NCBI GenBank assembly: GCA_036172245.1
Contig: JAYWIR010000004.1
Coordinates: forward strand, 3,038,001 to 3,102,000
DNA from: Raillietiella orientalis
Lineage: Eukaryota
DNA: 64,000 nucleotides
Direction: 5' to 3'
Shown: piece after piece, positions 23,297-35,590 of the stretch
Numbering within the stretch: the stretch's first letter is position 1
Layout: each line of letters opens with the position of its first letter
Notes under the pieces: model-generated
What the model was told of the DNA's origin: nothing
Databases searched by the model: none
The model's input: the letters and a program-made list of their open reading frames with translations, nothing else
Translations under genes and position numbers: made by a program

Positions 23297-26200
23297 ACGC
23301 GCGCCCCCGCGCGTAAGGCGCGCGCGCGCCCGCCTTCCTCGCGCACCACAGGATCGCTGGCAACACGAGATTGTCAGGCGCCGCCGCTCGACGGCGATGC
23401 TCCGCAGGAGGGGAGCGGCCGGGAAACTTCCTTTTTCGGGAGGACGATCCCCGCCGGCAGCGAGAGAAGGGAAGTGGAAGGGAGAGGAAGCAGGAGGGAG
23501 GGGAGGATGTTCGTAGTCACCGCAGCGTGCTCATGGGAACGACAATCGCCTGGAGGGAATGACGAGGGTGGGCACAAAAGTAGGGGCTGACAGGCAAGAG
23601 AGGGAGAGCTGCTGACCTTCCGTTCAGATGCGGTCTCGGGGAGGTGGTAGGGTGAGAAAAGAGGGGTGCCTCCCCCCCCCCCCTGATGGCAACTCCCGTC
23701 CCAAAGAACGGGGTAGTCCTGCATTGCCTGCTCCTCCCTGTAAGAGCAGCAGTGGACACCGGCCCCGTTCTCTTCCCCAAGAGGATGGGGTGCTTAATGG
23801 CTTTGGAGGCGGAGGGGGGGGGGGAGGATTGAGAGGGAGAGATACGTAGAGTCCACCGGAGTCTCTCTCGTGGGACCGGACTCCGAGACCCCTCCCCTTC
23901 TCCTCTCGATGTCTCCCTCCTGCCGCCCCCGTTCCTTGTTGTGGAAGCAGGGCTGGAGAGAGTGGATGGGTTTCGGGTGGCCATTCGCTCCCGGCGTTTT
24001 TCCTCTAGAGGGCCTGGAATGCGAGAGGCATCGCTCCCGTTCTTCCCCTCGGAGGGCGCGCCTCGGTTCCCCGGGAGTTTCTATTTATATCTGCCCTCTT
24101 CCCGTCGGGAGATCGCGTCCCGCTCCCGTGCTGCATTCCTTCCACCGCCTTCCCTTTGGAGAGCCCGAATTCGTTCTCGTGCGTTGATCCCGAGGAGGCG
24201 GCAGGAGTGAGCAGGAGCGCCGCTCTCTCGAGAACAAGGAATCGCCCGCAGGCCGTGCCGAGCATGCCGCGACCAAGAAGGAAAGGCCGCGCGTCTCGGG
24301 GACGAGCGTGGAGAGGGTAGCTTTTCCCGCCGTCCTCAGGTCTCCTGGACGCGGGCGGGAGGCATGCAGGAGGGGGAGGAGGATGCGAGTTCAGGGATTC
24401 CTCCCTTCACTGCCGGACTCTGAAGACTGCCCCGAACGCCTCCGCACTCTCCGAGACGTTTCTTCGGGAGGAGAATGGAAGACCCCTCTCCTTCTCCTCT
24501 TAGAGGGCAGGGAGTTTCCTCAGGAAGGGGAAGCAGCAGCAGGGCAGTGTCCGGAGGGCGTCCATAAGAACGGGAGCGTCTGGGAGAGACCCGAGACGGG
24601 AATGCCAGTGGGCAGGAAGCCGAGGAAGGATCGGACGCGAGGAGCTCCCTCTTGCTGCTCTCTCCCATCTCCTCCGTACTCGCATCTGCCATTGCTGGCG
24701 CTCCCTGGAGCAGGAGGAGGGGCGAAGGGAGAGCTCGTCGCGTCCACAGGCAGCCGACACGGAATTGAGGGCGAGGGAGCGGGATGTTCCGAGTGCGAGA
24801 GAGGGCCGCCGCCCTCTCCAACGCAGCAGCGCAACTCCCGCTTACAGGATGCACGAGCATCACCTCGGTCCCACATGCCCCTTCTCGCTTCCTGCCTCTG
24901 AGGGAAGGAGTCGCCCCCTCCGGCGTCCTCGCTCAGTCTTTCTTCTTTGCGGGGACGCCCCCCCACCTGAATCATGCAGGGAACTTCCCTCCTCCCTCCT
25001 CCCACTCCTTCCCTCTCCCGAGAGGACCTTGCTTCCGAGGGAAGGGGAGGAGGGCTTGCCGGCCTCCCTAGTCCAGCCCCTGGCGGCGGCTCCCTCTCAC
25101 TGCAGGGGACATCCCTCTTCCGTCGATCCAGGGGATCTGCGACCAAGGGAACATGGGAACTGCGCGCGGAGGCTTGGGGTGAGCGCTCGGAAAAATTTTT
25201 TTTGTGAGGGGAGGAAGACTTTTGGTGCGAGGGTGGAGAAGAACGATCGAGGGGCGTGGAAGGAGGCAGCTGCACGCAGAGCTCTGGATGCCGCGCGGCA
25301 CCGCGGTCCGGGAGGGTGCGGTGCTGCCTCTGGCGACGACCTCCACCCCGCGAGGACTGCCGGCTCCCGGTCGGCAGAGGGGCCCACGAGAAGGTGCGCT
25401 CGCTCAGCGAAAGACTCCCTCGATGGGACGTTTCCTGGTTCCCTCACGGGGGTTCCCTGGCGAGCCGCCGCAGCCACCTCTCGCTTTCCGGGATGCCGCC
25501 GCGCCCCGAAGCGGCGCTGCGGACCGCTCCCGGTAACCCGATCCCCCCTCCGCCGTATCCTCTCGTCAGGAGCAGGGAGAGCACCGCCTGGCGGCTCGCT
25601 CCTGGGAACCAGCCAGCCTCCAAAAATGGGCCTGCAGATCGGGTTTCCCACGACGCTCCCGGCGACGCTCCCGGAGCGCGCATTCACGGTCTCTGGATCT
25701 GGCCCCAGAGCGCCACCTTCCTCCCCGCTTCCCGGAGAGTCCGACCGGGGGAGACGGCGAACGACCACGCGCCCAGGAAAGTTCCTTCCTGCCGACGCAT
25801 CGTCCCGTCCTTTCCTGTCTCCCTCCTTGGGGAGATCGAAGGGCGGTCCGGAAAGCTCCAGGTTTTTCCTACCGCCAGCGGGGCAACTCCTCCTGGAGGA
25901 GGGAAAAGAGGGTGGGGGGAGGAGGAGGGGGGGAAGACGCGCCACCGCTCCCGTGCGCGGAACGGAGGACCTCCTCTTCCTGTCCACCGGACCCTGTCGG
26001 CGTCCCGGAACTGCCCCTCCCCTTGGTCCAGAGAGAATGAGCGGAAAGGGTCGGGTTTCCTGGGAACCTTCGCCGCAGCGTGGGCGGCGCGGCATCAGCA
26101 AGGAAAGCCGCAAGACGGGGAAAGAAGCAGAGAACCCGAGGGACTTCAGGGAACCCGAGGGAACCTCTTCTTCCGTCCCCTCTCCCGTCTTCGTAGCTTC

Positions 26201-28699
26201 CCGTTCCTTCCCTCCGTCCGTTCCTGACGTCTTCCTCGTACCAGCTGCGCACCGGCGCCACCGTTCTTTCGGGAGACCGGGAGGAGGGGAGAAGAGGAGA
26301 GGCCTCTACTTCTCCTTTTCCCCGATCCACTCTCCCCTGGCGGCGCCAACTGTTTTCGGGCGTCCCTTCCGCAGCACGTGCTCCGGATGTCGGCGCCCCC
26401 TACGGTCGCCCATTTCCCCGAGAGTTTCCTCTTCCGGCGAGGGAAGCCGAGGAAGAAGAAAACCAGCGCGGCGTCCCCCGAGCTCCTTCCTGCTTTTCGT
26501 CAGCGTCTGCGGTGCCGCCGCTCCCGCGGGAACGCGCGCGCGGGCGACAGACGCCCCCGCAGATGGCGCGAGCGCTCCCGCCGCTCTTCCCCTCCCGCTC
26601 GTCGCGCCGCGATCGACAGCTCCCCGGGAAGACTTCTCCCTCCTTTCCCTTCTTTGAGTGCGAGAAATCAGGAAGGAGGAGAGGGGGAGAGAGTGGAGTG
26701 AATGGGGACCAGGAGGGAAAGGCAAAGACAAGGAAAAAAAAAAGGGTGGAAGGAAAAAAAACGACGGGAGCGAGGTCGAGGAGGGGTCCTCGGTCTGCTT
26801 CCCTGCCCCCTGTCCAAGGATCACGGCTTTCGAGTCCCCTTCCCTGTGCATCTCTTTGTCTCCTTTCCCTTCCTCCTTCATCGGCTCCCCCCCCCAGCCG
26901 AGCGCGCTCCCGGGACTTCGCGGCAATTCTCGCCTCTCTCCCACTCCGCCTCCCCCCCCTGCTCGCGTTGTCCTGGGACGAGGAGGGAGAACGCTCTGAT
27001 CATTCCGGAAGGGAATTTCGGAGGGCAACCTTTTCTCCCTTTTTCCCCCTACCCCCTCTCCCTCGCGCCCGACCTTTGGCAGGGGACTCCTCCCTTTCTC
27101 ACTCACTCTCTAGGGTTGGGATCGAGGAAGGTGGTGGAAGGAATGCCCCGCACTCCCTAGGGAGCCCCTCCCCTCCTCCTTCTTCGTGCCATCGACTTCT
27201 TCCCAGCCCAAACTCCCTCCCCCGTCCCTCCCGAAATTCCCTGCCCTCGTCTTCAAGGATCTCCAGAAAGAGGTTTTGGGAGTCCCCGGGTCGAAGACCT
27301 CCCGGTTCCTAGAGAGAGCCTCCTCCTCCTCTCCCAGAAGAACGAAAGAGCGGGAAGAGCGGGAAGCGTGCCGGAAGGGACACGGAGGTCTCCCCCCCCT
27401 TCCCAAATGCAGACCGTCAGGGTGAGCTCCCTGCCTCCTCCTCCTTTGGGACCCCTACCCCTGCATCTCGCGAGGCCCGCGATGCGGCCCTCCTCCTCCT
27501 CCTCTTCCCGAAAGAGAGCGAAAGGAACAGGCTCCCAGGTCAGCTCCCGGGCGTGCGGCGAGACATTCGCGAGAGGTGCTCCTCCTCCCCCTTCCTCCCC
27601 GAGTGCCCTTGAAATCCTGGTGCGCGTCCGCGATGGGGGAAGGCGGAAGTGAAGTGGCAGGGATCGCCCGCCAGGGTACACGCGTCCGCCGCCTCAACCC
27701 TCAGCCCTTCCTCTGCTCTTCGAAATTCTTGCCTTCTCCCGTCTCCCTTCGGTGCTTCAGGAGAGGTACGGTTCCAGTCCGGACTGCCGCCGCGCTTCTC
27801 CCGAAAATCCCGAGCGTCGCGGAGAGGGGTAGAGGTGAGAGATCATCCCTCCTCCGGGGACCTGCGCGAACGTTTCCTCAGATCTCTTCCCCCCGTCTCC
27901 CGATGCCGGCTCTCCCTTTCAGGGCGCGCTTTCCTCTTCATGCTTCCAGGAGTCTCCCATTCCCAGGTCTCGCGGCAAGTCCGCTCACCATCTGCCCGAG
28001 CCCATCTCCTCTTCCCACGCTGGCAAGGGAAGCGACATCTCTCGGAGCTGTGAAAGACCCCAACATGAGCCCGTACCCCTCGACGATGGACTCCCTTCCT
28101 CCTATGAGACCAACCTCGTGCCCTTTCAGCCCTTTCCACCTTACAGTCGAAGAAGGGATTCCGCGTCATTTCCGGCTCGGGAAATAGGTAGAAGAGTCGG
28201 AGGAGGAGGGGGGAAGAATTCTCCTTGGATCCAGGGAGTCCCCGAACTCGGGGAAGAGCGACCCCTCTTGCAGTCAGGGGAACTTCCGAGAAAGCTCTCT
28301 GTCACTTCTCCTCCATCTCTTGTGCCTGCCTGCGTGGATGCGCGCGGGAAAGTATTGGCTTCACCCCGGTGAATCAGGAATGCTCGGGCACATCCTGGAT
28401 GCGAGCACGGGAGCTCCATCTCAGAGGAGGCTGGAGGGGTGGGGAGGGAGAGGCAGAACGAAAACCTTCGTCCCTGGGTCCTGCGTCAGAGTCTGAGCAT
28501 CCTGGAGTGGCGGCGACCTCCTCAGGACGTGATCCGCTCGTCCTCGCGAGATGGCGACCCTCAGGGCTGCTGGCCGCCCGAGGCAAGATGAAGAGCCCAT
28601 GTCAGCACTTCCGGTCTTCGCAAAACGGAAACCTGAAAACCAAACCAAGAGGGGTTCCCCTCTTCCGTGGGGATCTTCGAAGGGGAAGTTGCCGCTTCC

Positions 28700-30125
28700 G
28701 GTCCTCGCAAAACTTCCTCACCGGCGTCCTCGAGGCATCCCCCTGTTCCTCTATCGGAAAGCAGGGGGAGATGGAGAGGGGTTGCAACTGGGATTGATCG
28801 GGAATTCTAGTTGCCTACCATCCAGGCCTCTGCTTTCCTCGCCTCTAGATGCCTGCGTAAGATCCTTCTTCCCGTGTCCCTCTGAAGTTCCATGGAGCTG
28901 GAGAGAAGGCTGCGATGGGCAATGAGATGCGGAACGATCTCTGAGGAGACGGGAAGTGCTACTTGTCCCCTTGCTCCAGGAAAAGGATCGAAATCTCTGC
29001 TCTTCCTTCATCTTTTCCCTCCTCACCTGGCATGACTCTCTTTCTCCTTCTGATTCCCATCCTGGAAGAGCTTGGAGTGGGTCTCATGCGTCCCGCAGCA
29101 GGAGAATGGCTTCCCAAGGGCACGCCCTGGGGATCGAAAGGGCATGCGGCAAGACTAATAACTGTGCCTCGAAGTGCGTAGGCAGGAAGAGCCTCCCTTG
29201 TCTCAGCGCAGCCCTCCTTGAGGGAACATACGGGCAGCATCCTTTCGGCTAAATGGGGGGTCAGTGCTGAAATCTCCGCTAGAAGGGACTGGGCGAGCGG
29301 ACGACGGGTCGGCTTACAGATGCTGCGACCCCGAGCACTCCACCCCGAGGACTTTTGCGCTGGAGCGAGCTACTGGAAATTCCGGAGGAAGACCTGCAGT
29401 GGCCCCCAGTGCTCTTGGGCACCCCACACCCTTCCCTTAAAGTGGCAGGAGTCGGCGCTGCTGCTGCTGCACTGGGACCTCCTGGGCAACGCTCGCAGGC
29501 ATCACTGGACACGGGATGGGTGCAGTGAACTCGAACCGTGCCCGGTGCGGGAAGCGCGAATCCCCCACCTGCTTATGGATTGTGTTGTTGCCCTCCGGCC
29601 CCTCTGGGAACTCTGCCGCGATCCCAGGAACCCTCCGGCAGCAATCCCAGGGACGCTTTACGACCCCTCCTCCTACGCGGCGCACTTCGGCCGGCAGCTT
29701 CCCTAGCAGCTCTCTGCTGCCTACGCAGGATCGTCGCTGACTGGAGCGACACAAGAGGAGAACCGTGCAGCAGGGGTGCCACGTCCACTTGGCCGTCCGC
29801 TTCATGAGGATGGCAACAAGATGGCCCCACCTGAAGCGCGGCATGCAGCAAGAGCTTGCCTCTGCACCCTCCGAAGGATGCAGAGGACCGTAACGTGATC
29901 CCTTCTCGCACCCTTCAAAGTATATTTATTTATTTTTATTTTTGTTTCCTTTTCTTTTTGTTTGTTCCTTTTCCTCTGCTGCCGTAGCGGACCTCATCGG
30001 TCTGCGTGCCGGCAACTCGGCAGGTTCCTTTGGAAATGGGCGTGGTTGGACCTCCGGTCCAACCACAGAGATTGTCAATGTTGATTTTTATATGAGATAA
30101 ATGCCTTGGCGCACCCGAATGATAA
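28700..30125 (+). mobile_element. Decayed 5'-truncated L1/Tx1-like LINE, ORF2 C-terminus plus 3' UTR (copy A)
   Basis: LPLKWQESALLLLHWDLLGNARRHHW...IPHLLMDCVVALRPLWE resembles the L1-clade RT zinc-binding C-terminal region. It is followed by a T-rich UTR, a shared stem-loop (29989-30028) and ATAAA-TGCCTTGGCGCACCCG. The 5' boundary is approximate. Confidence 0.75.
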
Positions 30126-31671
30126 TCCAGCTGCCTTACCAGTTCACGGGGTCAGCGAGGCAGCACCTTCTGAAAGATGTGTTCAGCCCACTCGTGAAGC
30201 GGGACGTGGTCGGACCGCTCTTTGCAAATTCCGTTATCCTCCAGCAGAATGGACGCTCTGCCGGCTGTCCACAACCTATTCCCACTCGGATCAAAGAGTT
30301 GCTTCCCTCAGAGAACCTGAAAGTCAGGGTGTCATCCTCTGTCCCAAAGGCGTCGCAGACACCAAAGTCTGGTCCCTCTTGTACGTGGGGGTCCACCATG
30401 CTGATTCTCCAGTCTCCCTTCCCCCCTCCCGTCCTGAGAAGCAGCAGCAGCAATTGTCTTCCAGAATAATCAGTGGGCGACTGGTGTTGGCAGTGAACAA
30501 ACAGCCAGAGGGTCCACTCTGGAACGTTCTCTGCCTCTTCCCCTTCCCGAGATCCGCCCCTCTCGTCTTTCCCAGGAGCGTCAGCTGGCTGAGGTTTGCT
30601 TGGACGGACCAACTTTTCTGGCCACACACGTTTCTGGAACTCACTCCGCTTCGCTGGTCGCCCCCCTTGGGGCCTCCGATTTTTGTCCACAGGAACGGTC
30701 CATCGCTCGGTCCCCTGATAGGGGTGTCGCGATCCATAGTGCCTGTAGGTGATAGGGGTTCTCGGGAAGAGTTCGGTTAGATCCCAGTTGGTCCTCTTCG
30801 AGAGATCTCCACTTTTTGGATGGGTCAGGATCCCGTGGGACTCTCTGAAAGTGCAGCGAAGCGCCATCCTGAGTAGGTTCCGGGAAAGCTCAGCAACCTA
30901 CTGACTGGTGACCACCGAGGCGTCTCACTTCAGAGTTAGGGAGAAGGCGAACCTGGAGCTGTTAGGAGGTTTCTGGAAACTTCGGTCAGGTGATTTTCCC
31001 ATCCTGGACGAGTGACCGTGAGCGTCCTCTAGCCGATGAGTAGTTTGAATGGGCTGAGGAACGTACCGCGGAAGTGACCGTCCCTTCTTTCAGGATTCGG
31101 GAATCAGTTCCCACGTAGCCGGCAGTGACGAAACGGATCGACTGGACGTTCCCGTTCCTTCTGGATTGCCCGGTTCAGGAGGCTCTCGGATCCCGGACTT
31201 CGGATTAGTTCAGCAGCGCCAGGTAAGCGGCTCCCACCACGACCCGTTTCCGTGATTCCCGGAGTTCCGGATCGAAAGGAGCTTTCCCCTGAAGTGGAAG
31301 CGAAGCCGCCAGCACACGAGCGAAGCGTCGTGTTTACTTTCCTCTGGTTCACTTGAGGAAGGATGGAAATTGTCCTGGTCTGGGAAGGGGAAGGGGCAAT
31401 CACGGTTGGAACCCTTCCCGGAGGTGGCCCTCCGGGAAGGGTTCCAACCCTGATGGATGAGTCCAACGGATGAGTCACCATCCCGTTTTCAGCGGAATGC
31501 AACCGAAGCGTCATGAAATCGGAACAAGTGACAGGCAGGCCAGCCTGAGCGGCTACTACATCGGTCCTGTTTCCAGGGTACCTTAGACCTGAGGGTGAGC
31601 ACAACGAACGAAGAGGCACGGACTGAAGCTTCAGCATCGAGGAGGCACCTGACATTGCCGAATGCAGAGGA

Positions 31672-31728
31672 GATCCTTCTTCGTCGTCTGTAACGCGATT
31701 TTCGCGTTACAGACGACGAAGAAGGATC
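31672..31728. repeat. Perfect 27-bp inverted repeat (hairpin) with TTT loop
   Basis: GATCCTTCTTCGTCGTCTGTAACGCGA-TTT-TCGCGTTACAGACGACGAAGAAGGATC; the arms are exact reverse complements. Confidence 0.97.
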
Positions 31729-32519
31729 CGTTGCCGACTTACAGAATGCAGGCGTTCCTCAAGCCAATCGATTTGCAGCTCTCAAGAGCACAGGAATGAA
31801 ATGACAGCGTGCGTGTTGCTGCTGCCATTGTCTCTCCAAGAGACAACAGCTGACAACGCAACTCTCCTCGACAGAGTTCTCCCATCCTCTTCTCCCCCTC
31901 CCCCCTGCCTTAAGCTACATGAGGCTGAAAAGAACGGGACCAAAGTCCCATCATGCATGCGGTTTCACGGAAGGAACGGCAAGAAAACATGAGCCACCTG
32001 GTGCAGAGGTGCTCATAGGACCAGGGAAGAGCTCTCAGGTAAAGATGTGCAATGCGTGTTACTACTAGTGGAAGACATCCATGAGATCAGGATGAAGGAT
32101 GGTCTTTTGACAAGATTGCCAGACAACGTAAGCGTTTGAAGCAACCGGTTATTCCCCACGCTCACTGGAGATAAAAAGCAGTCTTCCGTATGTGCCGACT
32201 CTGCCCTTGCAGATTTCTCGGCAAGAAAGATAATTCGTAAAGCGATCGTCTTCTGCTGTTTTAGTATATGTACAGCCGAAGCGTGTCCCGCTGTGATGCT
32301 CGCGAGACCAGTTTCCTCCTCCCTTCTCGTGCTCTCCAATGTGTGCTCACCGTCTGAAACTTCCCACCTCTTGATATGTATCTTCAGCGACTCGCAACTC
32401 TGCTCATCCCGTAATGACCACCCATCTTCGGGTCAAGGACGTTCGCTTCCTTGTCTCGGATCACATCCCTCATGTGTCCTCTCACACGGCGGAAGAACTG
32501 CCTTCCCGGTAGCATTTTC

Positions 32520-32770
32520 GCTCTTATGTTTTTTTTTTTTTCACTTCCTTTTGCCACCCTCCTTTTTTGTCTTTTTTGTTTGTTTGTTTTTGTGGTTTTC
32601 CCTCTCCCTTCGCTGCTGGGCGGACCTCGCCGGTCTGTGTGCCGGTTTTTGGCAAGTCCTTCGCTCGTGATAGAACAACCATGTGTTCTAGCACAGTACT
32701 GTAAAAAAAAATATCGACTTTTATTATTATTATTTTTTATAATAAATGCCCCGGCATATCCAGATGATAA
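32520..32770 (+). mobile_element. LINE 3'-UTR-only fragment (copy B)
   Basis: T-rich tract, then GCGGACCTCGCCGGTCTGTGTGCCGG (compare copy A GCGGACCTCATCGGTCTGCGTGCCGG), then AATAAATGCCCCGGC at 32741. Confidence 0.7.
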
Positions 32771-35449
32771 ACCCTCACGGAAGCAGGAAGGAAAGAGTCC
32801 CTTTCTTCCTCCTCCCCTCCCAGGACTCCTTCCTTCGGAGCGACTTCCCACCGGATCGTAGGTGGAGGTGTCTGGTGGAGCAAGGAGCGCTTCTCCTTGA
32901 CAGTCGTTTCTGCTCAGGAAGATGCAGTCGCTCCTCCTTCGTCCCAGAAGGCAGCGAAGGACCGCAGAGTTGGGGAGGTTCTCTGCGTGGTCCTTGGCTG
33001 CCTCGCCGAGAGGCGGTCGCTCCTTGGCGTGATCCCGAAGTCGGTCCATCCACCGCGGAAGCTTCCGTGGGCTCCTCGACGCGCGAACTCCCTTCCTGCG
33101 TTGCTCCTGCTCGAGGTGGGGGCCGCTATTCCCCGAGAGCTGGGCCTTGCGGTTGCTACGGAAACTTGCACATCTCACCCCGATCCCTTGTTCTAGGGGT
33201 CAGACCCTGCGCGATAAATCCTCCGAGCAGGAGTACCGGACATGAATGCGTGTTCTGCAGGAAGGGGTGACCATGGAAAATACTACAGTCCGCCCTCCCA
33301 TCCCATCCCGGATCCACGGAGGGCCGCCAGCGGCCCGTGGAACATGAACGATTTTCTCGTGGGCAGGTCGTGGGGGAGGTGAAGATGGAGGGGAACGGGC
33401 TCGACTCGCTCTCACTTCACGCCGGGAAGGTCACAAGGAAACCAAGGTCTTCGGAGGCGCAAGGACCTCTATGACCGAAAGGACATCCGAGGAGGGCACG
33501 AGTGCAGGAGGGCAGTTCCCTCCCCCGAGGAGGGGAGGGAGCTGCACTTTCTGCGGAAGATGCCGAACATCCTGCCTGAGAGGTCGATGTTGACGCTGGG
33601 ATGCCCCTGCGTGTCCCCCGGCCAGCATCAGGAGCGGGTGACTGCGTGTCTTTCCAGAAAACGCTGCCGCCGATGGCACAGCACGAAGTGTGCAGGCGAA
33701 CACATACAGCGACCACAATAAAAGGAAAATACACTCAGTCACAGCACACAATACACTCAGGTGGAGGCCAGAGCGAGCCTCCGAGGAAGTTTCGTGACGT
33801 CCGGGACGCATGCGCCCTGTCGCTTCTCCCGAGAGAACACCTCTGTCGTCGCTAGTCTCCGCGAGCGAGCGCGCACTGTTTGCTTGGTAACCAGCACGGG
33901 TGCGTTCGGCTTCGATCACACAATGATTCGGAGGGGTGCCACGCGCTTAACGACGGACCCACCATCCTACGGTGGCTCCGTTCGCTTTGACCACAAGGCG
34001 CGCAGGGGTCTCGAGCTGGGAGCAAGGAGAGTTTCAGAGTAGACTCCCCCCCCCTCCCGTCACCCTACGGAGAGCCAGTCGCTCTCAGCCATCGACGCAA
34101 CCACAGCCGCGTCCCCCATCTCTCTCAGAGACCCAGGTTTATCCCCCCCCCCTTCCTCTTCCGCCCTCCTCGTTGCGACCATGCGCTCGTGGCGCTCAGC
34201 GAGGTGCACTGAGGCGCACCAGCTGCACGTCAAGAAGGTGTGCGTGTGGCTTTGCCTTCTCCCATCGGATGGTGGTGGTGGTGGTGAGTTCGTGGACCTA
34301 GGAGGGAGGAGCACGAGTTCCAAGAGCGCGCCTTTCCATCCTCAAGAGCTTCGCGCTCGGTAGCTGCTGAACGGGACGAGAGAGACCGGCAATGGGAGAA
34401 GAACTCGTCATCCTCACCGCCCGGCGCGGAACTTTGGCCCGTACGCTGATTTCGGAAAGTCATCCCTTCTGAAGAGTGTGCACGGGTATCTGACAGCGTT
34501 GCAGATCTGCTCAGGGCCCATCACAGCTTCTCTCTCTGTGTGTTTCCTCCCCTCCCCCTTCCCCCTAATGGTATGTGCCTGGTGATCTTTCAAAATGTGG
34601 GTTACGCAGTTCAAAAGAAAAGATCCCACTTGACAAGATGAATTCGTAAAAACAGCTGGCCGAAGGGGGTGCACTTTTCAGACGATGGACTCGAGGGGCT
34701 TTTCCGTCTCCGGAGAACTTTTTTTTTGCTTTCGTTGTTGTTGTTGTTGTTCATCCACGTTTTGTTTTGTTTGTTTCATGTTCGGCGTTTCCTTTTGGAA
34801 AATTCCGCTTGGACTGTTTTTTAATGGAATGATCGTAACGAAAGGTCTCTCTGGGCTGCAGTCCATCATTCTTTGATCACGTTGTGCTTAAAAATAAGAT
34901 CCATTTTCATAATCTTTTTTAATCCCTTCTAATCCTTGTGATCTCTTAGGTGTTTTTTTTTTTCTTCTCTCTCTCAGGGGATTGGAGGGGTGGAAGGTGG
35001 GGTGCTTTTTGAAAGGAAGCGGGTTCGCGCTTTCCCCTTGCCCCCCTCCCCCTTTGCTTCTCCTCCCGAAAAGATGTTCTTCGGGAAAAGAACATTAACG
35101 AGAAGCTCTCGGGCGCGCCAGCATTTTCCCCTGCCTTTCCTTCTCCCATGTGCCCCCCCTCCCCTCCTCGATACTAAACAACGCGTAACCATCGCAACGT
35201 TTAGACAGCTGCTTGTTCTTGACGCACCGTCTTTCCTTTCGGACCGTGAAAAGTGCGTGTTCAATTTCGTCTCGCTAAAATCGAAAAAGAGCGCATCACC
35301 TATTATTTTCTTCATTTCCTCCCTCCTCCCCCGATCCGAGAGCTTTTCCTTGAAATTTGTACACACACGAGTACTCCGAGAGCAAATGGCAGTCCTGCCT
35401 CTTGAACAATCATTTATCAACAACAAAAAAAAAAGGGGAGGGGGCGAAA

Positions 35450-35590
35450 AACACACACACACATACACACACACACACACACCACGTACACAGATGCACG
35501 TGCGCGAGGCACACTCTCACACACGTACACATCTACGCACACACATGCGTACACATGCACAGACGTACACACACGCATGCATGCATAGAC
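35450..35590 (+). repeat. Degenerate (CA)n / alternating purine-pyrimidine microsatellite
   Basis: acacacacacacatacacacacacacacac...cacacgtacacatctacgcacacacatgcgtacacatgcac. Confidence 0.9.

Noticed and set aside
24765..26657. 630-aa plus-strand ORF, the longest in the track
   Set aside because: Arg/Pro/Gly/Ser-rich translation of very GC-rich DNA with equally long ORFs in other frames and no motif; consistent with stop-codon scarcity.
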